64,000 nt of DNA from Candidatus Poriferihabitaceae bacterium (GCA_965204165.1 OZ241969.1:888735-952734), one strand, 5' to 3'; numbered from the stretch's first letter, positions 8,501 through 17,491 are shown. Made by a program: numbers and translations. Notes: a model not told the origin generated them from the sequence alone.

Positions 8501-10802
8501 CACGGAATACGCGGCGACGGTCGGGAACGCGGTCACGCACGTGAAGCTGACGGCGACGGCGGGCGAGGCCGGCGCGACGCTGAAGGTCGGCAAGGGCTCG
8601 AGCCTCGCGGCGGCGGCGGACGGGTCGGCGAGCGCCGCGATCGCGCTCAACGTGGGCGCCAACGCGCTCAGGGTGGAGGTGACGGCCGGGGACGGCACGG
8701 TGCGGACGTACACGGTGACGGTGACGCGCCGGGCGGCGCCGCTGACGGCGCGGCTGCAGGCCGCGGTCCAGGAGCATGACGGGGAGACGCCGTTCATGGT
8801 CGAGCTGGTGCTGAGCGAGTCGCTGGATTCGGGAAGCGGGTGGCCTTCGGCTGCGTCGTTCGACGTGAAGGGCGGGAGCGTGGCGAGCGTGCGGCGGTTC
8901 CGGCCGTACCTGTACCAGGTCCACATCCAGCCGAAGTCGTGGCGCGACGTGACGGTGACGCTGGCGGGCGGGCGCGGCTGTGAAGAAGAGGGCGCGATCT
9001 GCACGGCGGACGGCAGGTCGGTGTCGAACACGTCGACGCTGGCCTTCGGCGGCCCGGTGCGGATCCGCATCGAGGGCGCGCGGGCGAAGGAGGGCAAGGA
9101 TGCAAACCTGGACTTCGCGGTGACGCTGAACCGCGCGGCGGCGCATGACGTGTCGGTGGACTACGCGACCAAGGACGAGACGGCGACGGCGGGGGCGGAC
9201 TACACGGCCACGTCGGGCACGTTGACCTTCGCGGCGGGCGAGACGGCGAAGACGATCCGCGTTCCGGTGCTGGACGACGCCATCGACGAGGGCAGGGAGG
9301 TCATGCGGATGATGCTGTCGAACCCGAAGGGCGCGTACCTCCGGGGCGTCCACACGAAGGCGCGGGGCATCATCGTGAACGACGACGCGCTGCAGCGGGC
9401 GTGGCTGTCGCGCTTCGGCCGCATGGCGGGAAGCCACGTGACGGACGCGGTGTCCGGCAGGCTCGAGGGCGACCTTGCGCCGGGCACCCACGCGACGCTT
9501 GCGGGCCAGGCGCTGGACCTGTCGGGCGGGGAGGACGGCGATCCGCTGATGGACGTGCTGACGGGCCTTGCCCAGCGTTCCGGTTCACCGGCGCCGGACG
9601 ACGGCGATCCGTTCGCGCGCCTCGGCGCCGGGGACCGCTGGAATGATTCCGGCCTTGCGGGAACAGCGGGAACAGCGGGAACAGCAGGAAACACGGGAAA
9701 AATCTCGATGACGGGCCGCGAGGTCCTGCTGGGGAGTTCGTTCCACACGGCGGGCCGGATGGACGGCTCTGGTCCGGGCCTCGCGGCCTGGGGCCGGGTG
9801 GCGCATGGCGGCTTCGACGGTGAGCAGGCTTCCGATACGGGCCGCCTCGGCATCGACGGCGAGGTGACGACGGGGACCCTGGGGACGGACGCCGACTGGG
9901 GCCGGATGCTGGCCGGGGTGGCGATCGGCCTGAGCGAGGGCGAGGGCACGTTCGAGGACTCCGGCGCGGAAACCGGTTCGAAGGGCAGCCTGGAGAGCAC
10001 GATGACCACGGTGAGCCCCTACGGCCGCTACGAGGTCACCGACCGGGTGTCGGCCTGGGGCCTGGTGGGCTGGGGCACCGGCGACATGACGGTCTCGTTC
10101 GACGACGGCACGGCCCAGGTGAGGACGGACCTGTCGCTGCGGATGGGCGCCCTGGGAGCCCGTGGGGTACTGCTGGAGCAAGGCGGGAAATACGGGAAAG
10201 ATGGCATGGACCTCGCGCTGAAGGCGGACGCGCTGTACGTGCGGACGGACTCCGACAAGGCCGCGAACTCCGTAGCGACTGAAGCGAAAACAAACCGGGT
10301 GCGGTTGCTGCTGGAGGGCGGGCGGACGTACGAACTGGATGAAGGCAGGACGCTCCGGCCCGTGCTGGAACTCGGCCTTCGCCATGACGGCGGGGACGCG
10401 GAGACGGGGACGGGCGTGGAGATCGGGGCGGGCGTGAGCTACGCCAACCCGCTGACGGGCCTGTCGCCGACCTTCGGGACGCCTTCGGGTTCGGCGGACC
10501 GTCTGTGGGGCGCGAGGGACGCCCGGGGGCTGGCGCCTGGAGGTAAGTTCGATGCCGGCCGGGGTCTCCGGGCCGAGGCGGGCTACGGGATTCCGGTGTA
10601 CGGCGGCCGGTACACGGGCACGCCGAACGTGGGCTATGGCGCGTCGGACGGCGGAGCGACCGACTGGCGCGTGGGCTGGCGGCTGGAGCCGGTCCGGACG
10701 GAAGGGCCGCGGATCGGTCTCAGCCTGGACGCGGTGCGGAGCGAGCCCGCGGATGGGGACGCGAGGCACGGCGTGCTGCTTCGGGGGGCGATCCGATGGT
10801 AG
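5556..10802 (+). CDS. giant autotransporter-like surface protein 1 (FN3, Calx-beta and cadherin-like passenger; C-terminal beta-barrel)
   Basis: 1748-aa ORF.
- Signal-peptide-like RRLSLLLPVLALLAGAFFLFVPVSSAVA.
- FN3-like segments (LSLTWTA...GYDVHY...GTAYRVRVRAKN).
- Calx-beta-like segments (VNYWTEDGTAKAGQDYTG...GETRKS..IIDDGVEDSGETF).
- Cadherin-like beta-sandwich segments (LSGL...FAPATTAYTATV...VRL...YRVTVTR).
- C-terminal glycine/aromatic beta-strand region ending RGAIRW.
The start is uncertain: TTG 5556 is the only in-frame start upstream of the signal peptide. Confidence 0.85.
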   Translation: MPAASGQRPAASGQRPAASGQRPAASGQRPAARTASPGDRLPRLGSPRRPDARTGRSRARRLSLLLPVLALLAGAFFLFVPVSSAVANHKFPVPSNIQVTGGNASVTISWDAVPNAGNYFIEGRQEGVTNTISETIPATSQTWGPSDVWPTGNGNQALGTRNGVTYQMRVRVLSNGAHSFSEWSQWFDFTPAPLPPPSTPPASPTNLRVSPGNGKLSLTWTARRQYLDAVTGYDVHYTSLSAGYAPDTWPALDESEFYRYRPGNGWVAVSRTGDTASQAISGLTPGTAYRVRVRAKNRVGVSDWVVIKGTPSGTAPGVVVPALASADVLVSNIGQTTRSGASGLRTFVTGQTFTTGGPAPGYFLQSIEVLMNFNFSSLTSAQRSKIRAELWSADSNGKPSAKLYDLVLPTNFKTGINAFAAPPNAKLNANTAYSVVWYTIDSAFAGLSVRGTNSHGHDTSGSGWSIADDGFYKTANTPAGGGYLTGFRLKIRVNGTLVPNTVSLSASPNPVREGSPVTVTATLGGPLSEDVSIPIATASVANEITIPKGQTTGTYVHTAGDAPDGEIKREQMVVLNRLLKQMRPAIGLGDPYLVNVQVLDENADPPRVSVSDAKGWEQLNNYGRLCFEFTLDRAASHEVSVNYWTEDGTAKAGQDYTGKSPLSLGFAPGETRKSRCISIIDDGVEDSGETFYVVLGNPPEGAILGRDRGTGTIYNHEPTSLSGLTAEGASGEDGPFTALDIGTFAPATTAYTATVPHGTTHVRLVPASATNRYLQLMTGLEGARMTQVAFGGGTGPAVALAVGENVLVVKTQFNGQRQTYRVTVTRQEAPAAVAVSLSATPNPVAEGAAVTVTATLAEALDEAVTVPLTVTRGTSEDGDHGSLASITIPVGGTSATGTISTTDDADGDDETFTVALGSLPSGLAAGSASSVEVTITDSGVQEQQQQQQRTAPLTLSGLSGSTSTDGSDFGGTLDIGTFAPGTTEYAATVGNAVTHVKLTATAGEAGATLKVGKGSSLAAAADGSASAAIALNVGANALRVEVTAGDGTVRTYTVTVTRRAAPLTARLQAAVQEHDGETPFMVELVLSESLDSGSGWPSAASFDVKGGSVASVRRFRPYLYQVHIQPKSWRDVTVTLAGGRGCEEEGAICTADGRSVSNTSTLAFGGPVRIRIEGARAKEGKDANLDFAVTLNRAAAHDVSVDYATKDETATAGADYTATSGTLTFAAGETAKTIRVPVLDDAIDEGREVMRMMLSNPKGAYLRGVHTKARGIIVNDDALQRAWLSRFGRMAGSHVTDAVSGRLEGDLAPGTHATLAGQALDLSGGEDGDPLMDVLTGLAQRSGSPAPDDGDPFARLGAGDRWNDSGLAGTAGTAGTAGNTGKISMTGREVLLGSSFHTAGRMDGSGPGLAAWGRVAHGGFDGEQASDTGRLGIDGEVTTGTLGTDADWGRMLAGVAIGLSEGEGTFEDSGAETGSKGSLESTMTTVSPYGRYEVTDRVSAWGLVGWGTGDMTVSFDDGTAQVRTDLSLRMGALGARGVLLEQGGKYGKDGMDLALKADALYVRTDSDKAANSVATEAKTNRVRLLLEGGRTYELDEGRTLRPVLELGLRHDGGDAETGTGVEIGAGVSYANPLTGLSPTFGTPSGSADRLWGARDARGLAPGGKFDAGRGLRAEAGYGIPVYGGRYTGTPNVGYGASDGGATDWRVGWRLEPVRTEGPRIGLSLDAVRSEPADGDARHGVLLRGAIRW
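5558..5651 (+). repeat. heptanucleotide tandem repeat (GCCAGCG) x13 plus partial unit
   Basis: Hand count gives perfect units starting at 5558 with 7-nt period through 5648, then GCC. In the ORF frame this reads (PAASGQR)n. Confidence 0.95.
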
Positions 10803-10973
10803 GAGTTACAGCGCCGCACCGCGGTGTCCATGGTCCGCGGTCACCGTGCTGCGGACGGAGGGACATCGCCGGACATCGGTTGCGTTCCGATGCCGGATAC
10901 CATGCGGCCGGGGACGATTCGCGGCCTGGATGCGAGCGGACGGAAGCGCCGCGGAAAACCTCTTTCCGCAGTC

Positions 10974-11034
10974 CCGGAATCCACATTGTTTCCGGGTGAT
11001 TCGAACACAATTTTCTCACAATCACTCTGCTATA
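10974..11034 (+). other. conserved 61-nt box (copy 1), 5' part of a repeated noncoding element, cut by an IS
   Basis: CCGGAATCCACAttGTTTCCgGGTGATTCGAACACAATTTTCTCAcaATcACTcTGCTATA closely matches 17774-17834. Confidence 0.6.
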
Positions 11035-12823
11035 TAGTGTCCGGCAGAAAACCCATAAATTGCTGATTGGAAAGGCGTAATCGGGAAATCGGCGTGATGA
11101 AGATGTCCCGGATTCATCGGCTGGATGGTAAAATCATGGGGAATTTGCTGGTTTTTCCCGAATCTTCGCCCTGGTCCCTACCCGATGAGACATACCCTCC
11201 ATCCCCAACTGGAGATCGGCGCATGCCAGATTGCCGATATCCGGATCGACCCGAAATCCCGGGACGATATCCCCGCGCTCCTGATCGGCCTGCAGCATCT
11301 GTATACCGACGAGTCATTGCGCAACCGTCTGTTCGACCTGCTGGAGCGCGAGGTTCTGCCGGATGTGGACCTGGACACTGGCAGGCCGGGGATGCACTTG
11401 TGGTCGATTCTGGTGATGGCGATCCTGAAGCAGGGACTGAACTGCGACTTCGACCGTCTTGAGGGACTGGTGAACCACTATGACGTGATCCGCCAGATGC
11501 TGGGGCACAGTGTGTACTCGGACGAGAGTTATTCGGTGCAGCAGATCAAGGACAACGTCAGCCTGCTGACGCCGGGGGTGCTGTCGAAGGTTGGAGAACT
11601 GGTGGTGGAATCGGGCCACCGGGTGTCAAAAAAAAAGCCTGGAGACTGGTTGCGCGGTCGGTGTGATTCCTTCGTGGTGGAAACGGATGTGCATTACCCG
11701 ACGGATACGGGTCTGTTGTGGGATGCGCTGCGCAAGTTGCTTGGCCTGATGCAGGAGGCGGCCCTGGAGGACGGGGTTTCGGGGTGGCGCCAGGCGAAGG
11801 ACCGGCGCAGGAAGCTGAAGCGCCTGTTCAACGGGGTTCGACGGGCGCGTGATGCGCACGGCCGCCCGGAGCGGGTGAAGGGTTTTCTCGATGCCGCCCG
11901 GCAATTGATTGCCCAGGCCGATGGCACTTTGGATGTTCTTGCCGGGATGGCAAGGGTGGAGTGCCGGCTGGTTCGGATGAACCGGATCCGGCAGTATCTG
12001 TGGTATGCCGCCCGGCTTTCGGACCAGGTGGACCGTCGGTTGCTGCGGGGGGAGACGATTCCCCAGGGCGAGAAGATCTACTCGATCTTCGAGCCCCATA
12101 CGCGCTGGATCTCGAAGGGGAAGGTGGGCCGGCCGGTGGAACTGGGGGTTCCGGTCTGCGTTCTGGAAGACCAGCACGGCCTGCTGCTGCACCATCGGGT
12201 GATGTGGAAGGAAAGCGATGTGGAGATCGCGGTGCCGATGGTGGAGGAGGCCAGGGGGAAGTATCCGGACCTGGGGCTTTGCAGTTTCGACAAGGGGTTT
12301 CACAGTCCGGAGAATCGCCGTTGCCTGGATGAATTGCTGGAGGACAATGTCCTGCCCCGCAAGGGCCGCTGGACGCGGGCTGACCGGGTGCGTGAGACGG
12401 GCTCCGTGTTCCGGGCGGCCCGGCAACAGCATCCGGCGATCGAGTCGGCGATCCACAATCTGGAGCACCGGGGTCTGGACCGTGTGCGCAGCCATGGCGT
12501 GGAGGGGTTCGAGCGGACGGTGGCGCTGTCGATACTGGCATGCAACGTGCATCGCGTCGGACGGATGATCCGGGACAGGGCCCGTGAGGCCGAGCGGCGA
12601 CGACGGGCGGCATGACGGATCGGCTTTCGTCAGCTGAAGTTGAAAGTCCCGCCCCGACAGGGTGGGCATGGAGCCCAATGTCCGGAATCAGGCCGAAACG
12701 CCCTGACAATCAATTCCCTCTACTGTTTCCCGGAAATCCATAGAGTCACTCAATGACTGGATGCTGGCGAAATATTTTCACGCCGGGAATCCGTCGGAAA
12801 TCGGGGTTTTCTGTCTGACACTA
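11035..12823 (+). mobile_element. IS element (IS5/ISNCY-like DDE transposase) with terminal inverted repeats and TATA flanks
   Basis: Left end TAGTGTCCGGCAGAAAACCC; reverse complement of right end TAGTGTCAGACAGAAAACCC. TATA lies on both flanks (11031-11034, 12824-12827). The exact boundary is ambiguous within the TATATA run. Confidence 0.8.
11185..12615 (+). CDS. DDE transposase (IS4/IS5-superfamily, possibly ISNCY group)
   Basis: 476 aa from MRHTLHPQLEIGACQIADIRIDPKSRDDIPALLIGLQHLY.... Sits inside the inverted-repeat-bounded element. Family assignment is from memory only. Confidence 0.7.
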   Translation: MRHTLHPQLEIGACQIADIRIDPKSRDDIPALLIGLQHLYTDESLRNRLFDLLEREVLPDVDLDTGRPGMHLWSILVMAILKQGLNCDFDRLEGLVNHYDVIRQMLGHSVYSDESYSVQQIKDNVSLLTPGVLSKVGELVVESGHRVSKKKPGDWLRGRCDSFVVETDVHYPTDTGLLWDALRKLLGLMQEAALEDGVSGWRQAKDRRRKLKRLFNGVRRARDAHGRPERVKGFLDAARQLIAQADGTLDVLAGMARVECRLVRMNRIRQYLWYAARLSDQVDRRLLRGETIPQGEKIYSIFEPHTRWISKGKVGRPVELGVPVCVLEDQHGLLLHHRVMWKESDVEIAVPMVEEARGKYPDLGLCSFDKGFHSPENRRCLDELLEDNVLPRKGRWTRADRVRETGSVFRAARQQHPAIESAIHNLEHRGLDRVRSHGVEGFERTVALSILACNVHRVGRMIRDRAREAERRRRAA

Positions 12824-12895
12824 TATATCACTTGCAAAAGAACATACGGATAACCTCACATGTTAGTTGGTCTCCTCCAGGAAATTAATCAGCAC

Positions 12896-12919
12896 CCGGA
12901 CTTCGGTCCGGATTCTTTT
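12896..12919 (+). terminator. C(UUCG)G-capped hairpin plus U tract (copy 1)
   Basis: CCGGAC-TTCG-GTCCGG followed by ATTCTTTT. Lies directly upstream of the GAGGGAG SD and ATG 12931. The same hairpin occurs at 17908-17933. Confidence 0.6.
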
Positions 12920-12930
12920 GAGGGAGAATC

Positions 12931-13506
12931 ATGCCTTCCGTAAATCCGGGAACGATCATTCTCAACGGTGAAAATCCGTTCATCTGGCTTAGCGAGACGG
13001 CTGACGGACCCCGAACGAGCGAGGCCAGTCTGTGGACCGTCACCTACTCGCCCGAAGGGGCCGGTCACGCCCTGTTCATCAAGAGCGAACTCACGGAAGA
13101 CCAGTGGCGAATCTATACCGACAATGTCGATATGACCCGCTGGCTGCAGGGGACCGTTCAGGGGATGCTGGTGCCTGAAACCGCGGACCGGTCCATCGTC
13201 ACGATTGCCGGCAGGTTCGGCCGGCAGGGCGACACCAGGGAAACGTGGATTCAGACGATCGGCAGCGAACACGATGAGATTGTGATGGCCTGGCATGACA
13301 TGGCCCAACCCCTTCTGGTCAGCGACGATCCCGTTACAGACCCGCCACAACGCCCCTATGGCGTCAGTGCGGTAATGATTCCGGCTTCCCGTGCGGAGCT
13401 GACCCTGAACGGGCAAAAGGCGGGCGGCAGGATCTGGCCTTTCGAGCTGGACGGGCATCCTTTCAGTACCGGAGCGCTCGCTTTCTCGGAAAGCTGGCGG
13501 AAATGA
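12931..13506 (+). CDS. hypothetical protein (191 aa)
   Basis: ORF with a GAGGGAG SD. Its stop overlaps the next ORF (ATGA at 13503-13506). No family recognised. Confidence 0.6.
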   Translation: MPSVNPGTIILNGENPFIWLSETADGPRTSEASLWTVTYSPEGAGHALFIKSELTEDQWRIYTDNVDMTRWLQGTVQGMLVPETADRSIVTIAGRFGRQGDTRETWIQTIGSEHDEIVMAWHDMAQPLLVSDDPVTDPPQRPYGVSAVMIPASRAELTLNGQKAGGRIWPFELDGHPFSTGALAFSESWRK

Positions 13507-13553
13507 GCATTCGACAGGAGACAACCGGGCCCGTTGGTTCAGGAAAGGAAGCG

Positions 13554-14471
13554 ATGACTGAAAAGATCACACGAAGACAGTTTTCGACAAGGGCCGCGGG
13601 AGCGGTGGTGGCGGCATACGCGGGGTTTCCGCTCCATGTCCTTGCGGAAGGAGTGACCTCTATGAAGATCGGAGACATTGACGTAACGACCATCTCGGAC
13701 GGACATTATGACCTTCCCAACAGTTGGTTCTTCAATGCGGACGCTGAAACATTGTCGGCCGCGGGTGACCCGATAACCATCGGCGCCAATCTCTGGATCG
13801 TGCGAACCGGCCGGCGGGTTGTCATGATCGACACGGGAGCCGGTCCGGTATTCGCCGACTCGGTTCCGACGTCAGGCAAGCTCGACTCCGTTCTGGCGGC
13901 GGGAAACATCGCCAAAGGGGATATCACCGACATCGTCATCACGCATATGCATCTGGATCACATTGGCGGACTCATGGGCAAGGATGCCGGCGGATTCGGC
14001 AATGCCAGAATCCATATGGCCGCTGCCGAATGGGCATACTGGATGAATCCCGAGTTGAATGACCAGGTCCCCGACGACTCAAGGCAGATGGTACAGGTTG
14101 CACAGTCCATCATGGCGCCGCTGGAAGGACGTATAGAGCAGTATCACGGTGAAACCGACCTGGGCGATGGCCTGACGCTTGTTCCGCTGTTTGGTCATAC
14201 GCCCGGTCACATGGGCGTAAGAATCAGGAGCAATGGGCAGGAGCTTCTGGTCGTCGCGGACGCGGTGGTATCCGAATTGCTCCAGTTCAGTCATCCGAAC
14301 ATTCACTATGTGCTGGATGTCGATCCAGTCGAGGCCGCCGAAACCAGGATCGCCATGTTCGACATGCTGGCCGACACCGGAACCCTGTTCTCTGCGACAC
14401 ACCTGAGCTATCCCGGCATTGGACGCGTTCGCCGGGATGGCGGTGCGTTCAAGTTCATACCATTGGATTAG
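13554..14471 (+). CDS. MBL-fold metallo-hydrolase with twin-arginine signal
   Basis: TRRQFSTRAAGAVVAAYAG Tat-type leader. HMHLDHIGG (HxHxDH) motif. Downstream His in GHTPGH. Start chosen at ATG 13554 behind AGGAAAGGAAG. Confidence 0.85.
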   Translation: MTEKITRRQFSTRAAGAVVAAYAGFPLHVLAEGVTSMKIGDIDVTTISDGHYDLPNSWFFNADAETLSAAGDPITIGANLWIVRTGRRVVMIDTGAGPVFADSVPTSGKLDSVLAAGNIAKGDITDIVITHMHLDHIGGLMGKDAGGFGNARIHMAAAEWAYWMNPELNDQVPDDSRQMVQVAQSIMAPLEGRIEQYHGETDLGDGLTLVPLFGHTPGHMGVRIRSNGQELLVVADAVVSELLQFSHPNIHYVLDVDPVEAAETRIAMFDMLADTGTLFSATHLSYPGIGRVRRDGGAFKFIPLD

Positions 14472-14765
14472 CGGGTCATCGACTCGCTGGCTGGAATTGG
14501 CCGATGCACCTGATCACCTGCCTGCGCAGCGGAAGCGGCGGGACACCTGCGCTACACGCAAAGGCGGCTGGCGGAGCCCGCTGGCAGTTGCGCAATTTGG
14601 AACCGGTGCCTGAATATGGCATGGATGGCAGGATTCTTGATCTGCTGATTCTGTTCATGGACGCGGCCGGACGGCCCGTGCACGATGGTATCCGACGAAT
14701 GGAATCCGGGCGTCGGGCCGGCCCCAGTTCCAGGCCGACAAAGGGGGCATTCCGGAGGGAATGCC

Positions 14766-15056
14766 ATGAGTGATCCGGCGAGAACGGACAGGTTCCTGTT
14801 GGCGTTCAGCCTGCTGGCGGCGGCCTGGTTCGGCTTCATCGCGCTCTTCAATGTCTTCCGGCTGGACTGGGTGGTGGCTGGCGCGCTGGTGGAACTGTTC
14901 ACCATACCACTGATCCTGGCTGTGGCGGCGGCGGCCGTCTTCGCAGTGGGGCGGCTGCTCCTGAATCCGCTTCTGAAAAGGCCTCCCGTCAACGCCTCCA
15001 ACATCGCCTCCGCGCTAATCCTCCTGGCGCTCAATGGACTTGTCTGGGGCCTGTGA
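14766..15056 (+). CDS. small integral membrane protein (96 aa)
   Basis: MSDPARTDRFLLAFSLLAAAWFGFIALF...LILAVAAAAVFAVG...ALILLALNGLVWGL. Three hydrophobic segments. Confidence 0.5.
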   Translation: MSDPARTDRFLLAFSLLAAAWFGFIALFNVFRLDWVVAGALVELFTIPLILAVAAAAVFAVGRLLLNPLLKRPPVNASNIASALILLALNGLVWGL

Positions 15057-15713
15057 TGGTCCTAGGCACGGGAACATGCCGGGACCCGTTGGACCGGCGG
15101 GTTTTCCTGGCGGCGCCGTTCCCCCGGATTCGACCGTACGATTGTTTGTTGCCGCTGCCGTCGACCCGTCGACGCCGCGAACTGCAGCAGGTACCTTTGT
15201 CTGGAATTCACCTGGGCGTTCGTGCCTTGACGTTTCCCATGCTCCGCAGCCGGTCGCGCCGGTCCATGGCATCCATCCCCGCCGCTACCTTCCCTTCCCT
15301 GGCCACTGCCGTACTTTTGCGGATGGGTGATGGTCAATCGGCGCTTCTTCCGATAATTTCCCACCGCCCCACTCTGGCCGCGGACCAAATCGACCCTTGC
15401 CGATCTGTCGCATAGGCGGCTTCCCGCGATGCCGAGGTCATTCTAAGGGACGCCCTTGTGCGAAATGTACAAGGCGACAATATTTTCCTCCATGGCCCCA
15501 AGGCAAATTTGTTCTGATTCGCCCGAAGAGATCGTTACTGCCGTGCTTGGGATTTATCACGGATTATTTTGGCCACTTTGGACTGAATTGGCCGCCATGG
15601 TGGTTACACCGGGCAGGTTGATGTTCCCGGAGGTGGATTTCCGTTCCGTTGAGGCATGACTGTTCCCGCCCCTGTGTGTTGAGGGGCTGAGGATTCGGGG
15701 CCTGGAGGGATGC

Positions 15714-17491
15714 TCAGCCGGTAGCCGGGTATGGCCTGGCGTTGTCGGTCATCTTGAGGAAGTCGAGCATGCGTCGGGGATTCCTGGCGAGGTGGCGCAT
15801 GGTTTCGGCGACGGCGAGGCCCCGGCTCTGTATGATGCCGATGGCGAATCGCCTGAGGCGGGACATGTTCTGGGGACCGTGTCCGGCCCGGATTCGGCTG
15901 CGGTCCTCGTCGAAGGTCCAGTCGAGGACATGATGCATGGCCTCGACGGACCAGTGCCCGCGGTTGAGGGAGAGGATTCGCTCGGGGGAGGCGTCATTTG
16001 GGGTCAGGCTGGTGATTCCGTAGGCGATCTCACGGCGTTTCCTGCCGGTTGCGGTTTCGGTGGTTTCACGCATCACGGCGAAGACCTGTCCGACGTTGGG
16101 GAACTGGAGGTAGTGGTTGAGCTTGTCCGAGACCCAGACGGAACGGCGCTCCCGGCGGCCATGGACGGGTTTGGGGGCCTGGTCGGTGAAGTCCGGCGGA
16201 CGGCGCTGGATGTGGCGGTCGAGGAGCAGTCGGATATCGGCGAGCAGGTTTTTCTGGTTGCCCTTGACGGTGAAGAGGTAGTGGGCGCGGCGTCCGTGGA
16301 GATAGTCGGCGAGCTTGCGTTGGGTGAGCATGGCATCGGTGGTGATGGTGCATCCTTCGATGTCGGAGAGGGTGTCGAGCAGCGGGATGACGATGCCGAT
16401 CTCGTTGGTGCGTTTGGTTTCGTCATCGGCCCCCGGTTTCAGGCCGACTTTTTTTGACTCCAGGGGATTCCGGTGTGGTGGCCGACGGCGCCGAGCACAT
16501 GGGGCCGGTTGCCCTGGTCATCGATGGCGCCCCGGATGGTCTTGCCGTCGACGGCAATGGCGGTGTCCTTTGGGCCATGGACCTGGTGCCACGCCCGCAG
16601 GGCGGCATCGAACTGGTCCGGGTCGATGCGGATGAGGACGCTGCGGATGGCGGACAGGCTGGGCACCTGGTGTCCGCTCCTGGAACGGCGTACGCGGAAA
16701 CGTTCCAGGACCCTGGGGCTGAGGTCGTCGATCCATTCGCTCATGGCCTTGTAGCCGCGCATGCCGCAGAGCGTGGCCGCTGCTGCCAATGCCAGCATGG
16801 TGGACAGGGCGTGGCGGCGGCCCTGGCGGCGTCGGGGATCGTCGATGTCGCGGAAGAAGTCGGGCAGGGATCGCATCTGTTCGGCGGTGAGAGTCATCCT
16901 GGGTACTCCATGTTGCAGTGTGGTGTCGAGGCAGGGGTCCCGGAGGCGGGCGCGGGCGGTGCGCGACAGGGGATGGACGAAGACGAGCTTGGGATTTGCG
17001 TGTTCGCTGTAGCCCGGGCCCTCGCGGCCGAAGCCCCGGGTATGCCCGACCTCGATCCAGTTGGCGGCGCGGTAGACGGTGCCGTGGAAGCGGGCGGGGT
17101 CGACGAAGGTCTCCACCAGCAGGAGGCCGTGACCGAAGCGGAGCGGCCAGTCGCGGGCGAGGCGGCGGGTGCACAGGGAAAGCACGCGCGAGCCGAGGTT
17201 GCGCGGTGCGCCGGGCAGGATCAGGAAGCGCGAGTTGTTGGTGATCAGGTGCAGGCGGCCGAACCGGATGCCGTACTCCCAGCCGATCCACCGGTCCCGG
17301 GCGCCGCATTTCAGCGCCGATGCCGAGAACATGGCCAGTGCCAGCCAGCGCCCCCGGTGATGGGCCACATAGCGCAGCGTCTCGCCCCGCGCCGGCACCG
17401 CGCCGAGATAGTGATGCGCCTGCATCAGATCCCGGAACCGGGATTCATCTCTCGCCGGTATGATGTCTACCGACACCTCTGAAAGGTCCAC
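15714..17491 (-). CDS. DUF4338-ISAs1 family transposase, two frames joined at a -1 slippery site
   Basis: ORF 16439..17491 carries a DUF4338-like N-terminus (HHYLGAVPARGETLRYVA...NNSRFLILP...TFVD..RF.GT.YRAANW) and a DDE_Tnp_1_assoc-like segment (FFRDIDDPRRRQGRRHALSTML). The -1 frame continues ...KTNEIGIVIPLLDTLSDIEGCTITTDAMLTQRKLADYL...NRGHWSVEAMHHVLDWTFDEDRSR, the ISAs1 catalytic core. Confidence 0.8.
16448..16454 (-). promoter_or_regulatory. A_AAA_AAG heptamer in the zero frame (candidate programmed -1 frameshift site)
   Basis: On the minus strand ORF1 reads caA AAA AAG tcg gcc tga. A -1 slip gives ...K K V G L K P G A D D E T K R T N E I, which joins ORF2. Confidence 0.5.

Noticed and set aside
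6915-9491. Very long antisense ORFs, all opposite well-supported genes: 858 aa at 6915-9491, and similar ones at 19820-21943, 33084-35399, 54814-56439 and 58532-60595.
   Set aside because: They are Arg/Pro/Gly/His-rich with no recognisable motifs. They are the expected stop-free antisense frames of high-GC coding DNA, and the sense frames carry clear domains.
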